Shown here piece by piece: positions 28,351 to 32,000 of a stretch of 32,000 nucleotides of DNA. Made by a program: the position numbers and the translations under genes. Every line of letters begins with the position of its first letter. Within the stretch, counting starts at the first letter, position 1. Source of the DNA: Candidatus Saccharimonadota bacterium (lineage in GTDB: Bacteria; Patescibacteriota; Saccharimonadia; Saccharimonadales; UBA4665); contig CP064993.1 in NCBI GenBank assembly GCA_016699955.1, forward strand, positions 930,001 through 962,000, in the 5' to 3' direction. Under the pieces are notes generated by a model, which saw nothing but the letters and a program-made list of their open reading frames with translations, was not told where the DNA came from and made no database searches.

Positions 28351-28436
28351 ATTGCAATTCTAGCAAATTTTTCTCATGGGGTACAAAAATGCGAGCAAGT
28401 CTTTAAGCGGCGGTGACAAAAGCCAGGACTGCCGCT

Positions 28437-28973
28437 TTACAAAGATAGCAGTAATTTGAGCCGTGCAATTGTTTCTTCCGTTGATTCATTGGTCGTATCA
28501 ATAATAATCTCGGAAGAATTAAGCTCCTGGTGGACCCCGTTATACAGTTCTTCGAACTCTTTTGCTGGAACCGTGTACTCACGCATAGTATTGCGCCTAC
28601 GCAGTTCTTCTTTTTCGGCCGTTAGTACAATCGAGATTGCTTCAAAGCCATGCTGCTCTGCTAAATCCACCAGTTCTTTGGCGCTACCTTCAGGGGAAGA
28701 TTTATTATTCCACGTAAAAAGACCTTCGAGAACAATACTGTACATTCCGACTTCAAGGTATCTTTCGTATAGCATTCGAGTATTCTCATAAGCAAATCTA
28801 TGTTCATCGGAGCCGACCTCACTAACGGATCTACCGATGATATGGAATCCCCAACGAAACTTGTCTTCCTCTATTAAAACTACTGGTTTGGTCAGTAGTT
28901 TGGCTATCTCTGGTACAATCGTACTCTTTCCGCTGGCTGGTGCTCCCCTAAAGATTAGGACTTTTTGCATCAT
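28437..28973 (-). CDS. P-loop kinase-like ATP-binding protein (AAA_33-like)
   Basis: Walker A FRGAPASGKST; 178 aa. Second member of this fold in the window. Confidence 0.7.
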   Translation of the reverse strand: MMQKVLIFRGAPASGKSTIVPEIAKLLTKPVVLIEEDKFRWGFHIIGRSVSEVGSDEHRFAYENTRMLYERYLEVGMYSIVLEGLFTWNNKSSPEGSAKELVDLAEQHGFEAISIVLTAEKEELRRRNTMREYTVPAKEFEELYNGVHQELNSSEIIIDTTNESTEETIARLKLLLSL

Positions 28974-29032
28974 AGTTTCTACAGTAGCAAAAATAGTCCT
29001 CAGATAAAACTAGTGGGCTTAGTGAATATATG

Positions 29033-29090
29033 TGGCACGGGCACGTGGAATACTTTTGTATAGCCTTGCAGGGTGCTCGGAAACAATATT
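29033..29090 (+). repeat. copy A: displaced tRNA-Trp 3' end (18/19) plus a ~40-nt shared arm
   Basis: tggcacgggcacgtggaat versus the tRNA's tggcaggggcacgtggaat, followed by acttttgtatagccttgcagggtgctcggaaaca, which recurs at 30216..30250. Confidence 0.85.
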
Positions 29091-29093
29091 GAG

Positions 29094-29963
29094 CTATTCC
29101 CCTATTTTCCAAATACCTTTTTCGCGGAAGGCTGGTATCGTCTGTCGTTTTGCGGCGTTAAGTTGGCCGTTTGTTGTTAAATTACGTTGTTTTGCGTAAT
29201 CTGTTAACTTTACAATTTTCTGTCCCTTCAAATAGGCGATCCTCTTGTTTAACGATTCTTGCAGGGCAAGGGCAAACAATTCTGACATTCCGTCATAATC
29301 ATTTTTTTCTTGGTAACTAATAAACAATGGATAGTAGCTACTGTGCTTACCTTTGTTTCGGATTATGATTGGCGGGTACCCCAAGGCTGCTAACTGGACA
29401 TTAACCAATACCCTGCCTATACGACCATTTCCGTCACAGAAGGGATGAATATGCTCGAATTCCGCATGAAAACGTCCAATACTATCGACAAAGTATCGAC
29501 CGTGATCGCTCAAATAATCATCGATTAGGTCGTCCAGTAGCGCACTAACGTATTCTGGCGCTGGGGCGATATGCGAACCGACCCGTACATATTCGCCTTC
29601 TTTGCGCAATCTGCCTGCAATATTATCATTAATTCCACCAATTAGCATCTGATGCAACAGTAGTATATTCTCAGTGGATAGTTCGATATTTGGCCGAGTT
29701 GACAAATATTCCAGAACTCTAGCCAAGTTTTTTGCCTCAAAAAGCTCACGGACGGAAACATCGCGCATTACCTCTTGCTCAAGTATAATTCGTTCAGTTT
29801 CCTTCAATGTTAATGATGAGTTTTCTATGGCGTTTGAGTTATAGACTAATTCGGGCAGTTCTACCTCTCGTAGCAGCCCTAAAAGTGACTCTTTGCCGCC
29901 TTTACGCTGTTCGTATTCCTTCTTTAGAGTTCTTATCTTTGATTTTGTTAATTCGCTTATCAT
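29094..29963 (-). CDS. Fic-domain protein (class II: N-terminal inhibitory helix motif in the same polypeptide)
   Basis: Fic motif HPFCDGNGRIGR. Upstream SNAIEN fits (S/T)xxxE(G/N). ATG at 29963 is preferred over the track TTG at 29999, which is itself the -35 box. Confidence 0.9.
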   Translation of the reverse strand: MISELTKSKIRTLKKEYEQRKGGKESLLGLLREVELPELVYNSNAIENSSLTLKETERIILEQEVMRDVSVRELFEAKNLARVLEYLSTRPNIELSTENILLLHQMLIGGINDNIAGRLRKEGEYVRVGSHIAPAPEYVSALLDDLIDDYLSDHGRYFVDSIGRFHAEFEHIHPFCDGNGRIGRVLVNVQLAALGYPPIIIRNKGKHSSYYPLFISYQEKNDYDGMSELFALALQESLNKRIAYLKGQKIVKLTDYAKQRNLTTNGQLNAAKRQTIPAFREKGIWKIGE

Positions 29964-29970
29964 GCTATTG

Positions 29971-29999
29971 ATTGTACCGAATTCACGTATTATTGTCAA
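29971..29999 (-). promoter_or_regulatory. near-consensus promoter TTGACA-17 nt-TACAAT, 7 nt upstream of the Fic ATG (leaderless)
   Basis: Minus strand: TTGACA 29999..29994, TACAAT 29976..29971, ATG 29963..29961. Confidence 0.6.
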
Positions 30000-30010
30000 T
30001 AACGCGTGAA
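29982..30010. promoter_or_regulatory. 29-bp imperfect palindrome TTCACGnnTTATTG-t-CAATAAnnCGTGAA over the Fic -35/spacer; third half-site at 30033..30045
   Basis: Read directly. 12 of 14 positions per arm are symmetric. TTCACGATTATT repeats 45 nt upstream. Confidence 0.6.
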
Positions 30011-30196
30011 TATGTAGTAAAATCCAGACAGATTCACGATTATTCCGCTAAAAGTGGTTCAGCCGAGACCCGAAACATGACCGGGGGTTAGGAACCAAAG
30101 GTATTTAACACAAATAGTTTTGACAAATATATCGGAGCAGATTGCATGCAGAAAAACCGGTCATATTTTTTTCTGTTATTCAAATCTTATTAAGCT

Positions 30197-30311
30197 TGGT
30201 AGCGGCATGTGGAATACTTTGTATAGCCTTGCATTGGGCTCGGAATACATTCCTGTGCGCAGTGCTACGTTATCGAACCACGATCTACACTCACTTCGTT
30301 CGCTAGACCTT
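30197..30311 (-). pseudogene. copy B: decayed tRNA-Trp pseudogene with a 58-nt insertion in the T-loop
   Basis: tggtagcggcatgtggaat (16/19), a 58-nt insert (30216..30273), then cgaaccacgatcta (14/14, equal to 31097..31110), plus an AAGGTCT anticodon-stem remnant at 30305..30311. No 5' half. Confidence 0.7.
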
Positions 30312-30373
30312 GGTCAGACTTCAAAAGCTCTATCAATGTAAAACGACCAATCTTGCGACTGGCCGTTTTACAT

Positions 30374-30390
30374 TGGCAGGGGTATGCGGA
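30374..30390 (+). repeat. copy C: third degenerate copy of the tRNA-Trp 3' end (14/17), abutted by a 10-bp-stem hairpin at 30336..30373
   Basis: tggcaggggtatgcgga versus tggcaggggcacgtgga. Adjacent hairpin ATGTAAAACG..CGTTTTACAT. Confidence 0.55.
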
Positions 30391-30480
30391 CGCATTTCAA
30401 ACGGCAGCCATTAATACCGGTGACGATTCTAAGCTCAAATACTTAGTCACATCATTTAGTTTGTCGGGCGACCTGCTGTA

Positions 30481-31017
30481 CTAAGGTCCATCATGCCTGA
30501 ATGTGGGAGCAAATAATCTCGGTGTATGTTTAAACGAATCTACAAATTTTCCTATTTCATCAGTGTGTATCACATGATTGGTGGTTGTCGGTATTGCCGA
30601 AGATATTAACGTCGAGCCATTCAGCTGAGTAACTTCATATCTACTTATTTTGCCGTAATCCACCGAATGACAAAGTCGGTAATGTCTCTGGTGCGGAGAA
30701 ACAAACAGACTGCAAGTAAAATTAGTGCTGGTAGCATCATAGTTCCCTTTGGCGGCAGGTAATGTGGTGCTTCGTGTTTGCGATTGCTGTATTTCATAGA
30801 CCCAGTCTTCAGTTGTAAAATTAAGTTCTGTAAATACGTCAGCCTTAGTTGCCGTCACACGAACATCTTTTATAGAAATGCCTGAGGGTAAGTACGTTGG
30901 CTTTAGGTAACTAAATACCAGTACACCGCCACTAAGCTTGAATAGAATACCGACAATTACCACAACTATAATCAAGATAAAAAGGAGAATTTTCTTTGAC
31001 TTTTCTGAGTGCGACAT
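30481..31017 (-). CDS. hypothetical membrane-anchored protein (178 aa from ATG 31017)
   Basis: MSHSEKSKKILLFILIIVVVIVGILF.. single N-terminal TM, then a Thr/Ser-rich soluble domain. No recognisable family. Confidence 0.55.
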   Translation of the reverse strand: MSHSEKSKKILLFILIIVVVIVGILFKLSGGVLVFSYLKPTYLPSGISIKDVRVTATKADVFTELNFTTEDWVYEIQQSQTRSTTLPAAKGNYDATSTNFTCSLFVSPHQRHYRLCHSVDYGKISRYEVTQLNGSTLISSAIPTTTNHVIHTDEIGKFVDSFKHTPRLFAPTFRHDGP

Positions 31018-31031
31018 CACTTTATAATACC

Positions 31032-31060
31032 AAAACAAAAAAGAACTTCCGAAGAAGTCC
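31032..31060 (-). terminator. intrinsic terminator downstream of tRNA-Trp
   Basis: Minus strand GGACTTC-TTCG-GAAGTTC followed by TTTTTTGTTTT. One stem position is G-U on the minus strand but A-C on the plus strand, supporting minus-sense function. Confidence 0.75.
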
Positions 31061-31077
31061 TTTTAGCATAAGCGATT

Positions 31078-31152
31078 TGGCAGGGGCACGTGGAATCGAA
31101 CCACGATCTAAGGTTTTGGAGACCTTTATACTAACCGTTGTACTATGCCCCT
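31078..31152 (-). tRNA. tRNA-Trp (anticodon CCA), CCA encoded
   Basis: Reverse complement AGGGGCATAGTACAACGGTTAGTATAAAGGTCTCCAAAACCTTAGATCGTGGTTCGATTCCACGTGCCCCTGCCA. Anticodon stem AAGGT/ACCTT, loop CTCCAAA. Confidence 0.9.
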
Positions 31153-31171
31153 TTGGCTTTGAACAGATACA

Positions 31172-31200
31172 ATTATACCTTTTTGCTTACTAAAATCCAA
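31172..31200 (-). promoter_or_regulatory. promoter TTGGAT-17 nt-TATAAT for tRNA-Trp
   Basis: Minus strand: TTGGAT 31200..31195, TATAAT 31177..31172. The tRNA 5' end is about 20 nt downstream. Confidence 0.5.
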
Positions 31201-31474
31201 CGAGTAGCGTAGCGTAACCTTGGCTCGGTGTGGGCACAGAGTTCTGGGTAGAGAGGGATAGTGTGTTTGCACCTGGGATTATGAATTTATCTCTATTAGC
31301 TTTACCTGGTTTTGTTTTTTGCTTGTTATCTATTGTGATCGGGCAACGTTATAGCTGGCGTAATATATCCCGCTAATTTCTACACGTTTATCACTGTAAA
31401 AATATGCTGGCACTGGCTAGCAAGGAGTATACTAAAATTACTAGGGGGATAACCCCCATTTAAGGAGGTTCAAA

Positions 31475-31978
31475 GTGGAGCTACCAAAAACCTACACAGA
31501 CAAAAACGACACAGGGTGCTGCGCAGTCCCAAACGTCGACGAGTGGGATAACAAAGAAGTAGTTTTTGAGGACAAACGCTTCATCCGAATGCATACGCGC
31601 AGCTTTCTATACATGCCCCTCAATATGTCGAAAGTTATGACTGAAATTCAACGCACAGCCGAAGATGCAGGAGCTGCCATGGTACCAAACGAGGCCATGA
31701 CGTTGTCCCGCGACGTATCGCCGTGGAAGGCCGAACATCTTTACGCAGTTACCAAAGAGGTCGGCGGTGCAGACAACGTAGTGCTGAGTGGTACGTACAT
31801 AACAAAAGTATTTGAAGGTCCGTTTAAAAACATCAGAAACTGGTATAACTCGCTGCAAACTTATGTCACGAGCCAGGGTAAAATACCAGGCGACACTTAT
31901 TTCTTCTATACGACCTGTCCAAAATGCGCCAAACATTACGGCAAAAACTACGTTATTGGTATGACAAGCGTCGCCTGA
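31475..31978 (+). CDS. conserved-looking hypothetical Cys-rich protein (N-terminal CC, C-terminal CPKC)
   Basis: GTG start 6 nt after AAGGAGG. A GGGGGATAACCCCC hairpin sits just upstream. ..DTGCCAVPN.. and ..FFYTTCPKCAKHYGKNYVIG... I cannot assign a family. Confidence 0.6.
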   Translation: MELPKTYTDKNDTGCCAVPNVDEWDNKEVVFEDKRFIRMHTRSFLYMPLNMSKVMTEIQRTAEDAGAAMVPNEAMTLSRDVSPWKAEHLYAVTKEVGGADNVVLSGTYITKVFEGPFKNIRNWYNSLQTYVTSQGKIPGDTYFFYTTCPKCAKHYGKNYVIGMTSVA

Positions 31979-32000
31979 TACTGCCGCAATAATGCGAATT

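Noticed and set aside
29033-31152. Integron-like cassette array (ORF followed by a repeat, twice)
   Set aside because: No intI or attI is present. The repeats are tRNA-derived direct repeats without the R''-L''/L'-R' inverted symmetry of attC. Only two or three units exist. This is kept only as an alternative within the tRNA-Trp finding.

Overview
Densely coding chromosomal segment, roughly 50% GC by eye. The gene content suggests a small-genome, Gram-positive-type bacterium, possibly Patescibacteria/CPR such as Saccharimonadia; that placement is inference only. Core content, left to right: partial ilvA plus ridA; a thymidylate/nucleotide module (tmk fusion, folA, divergent thyA, HIT, dCMP deaminase, cytidylyltransferase); secE-nusG-rplK-rplA; a membrane GT2 glycosyltransferase; an orphan PAS histidine kinase; a translationally coupled P-loop kinase and DUF45 metallopeptidase; tRNA-Val and two tRNA-Leu; an FAD oxidase; an orphan family-5 SBP; secG; a holin-like membrane protein; pepP; a dacB-like PBP; ligA; an ITPase; membrane proteins. 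The right end is a visibly AT-richer accessory tail (hypothetical, alpha/beta hydrolase, P-loop kinase, Fic, membrane-anchored ORF) next to tRNA-Trp. No CRISPR array, transposase, integrase or recognisable multi-gene defence system is visible. Most notable observations: (1) a leaderless 28-codon leader peptide with an L-I-I-I-L run plus terminator/antiterminator hairpins upstream of the ridA-ilvA operon, which looks like classical Ile attenuation; (2) a 79-nt near-pure poly-G tract that splits an ORF and is probably an assembly or sequencing artefact; (3) three degenerate copies of the tRNA-Trp 3' end delimiting single-gene modules (Fic, membrane ORF), suggesting a serial-integration hot spot; (4) a 22-nt duplication of the tRNA-Leu(CAG) 3' end enclosing a 164-nt highly structured spacer; (5) a Tmk fused to a roughly 310-aa degenerate ThyX-like domain, divergent from folA-thyA; (6) a consensus promoter with a 29-bp palindrome overlapping its -35 element in front of a leaderless class II Fic gene. 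All functional calls come from motif recognition by eye. No database search or folding computation was run.
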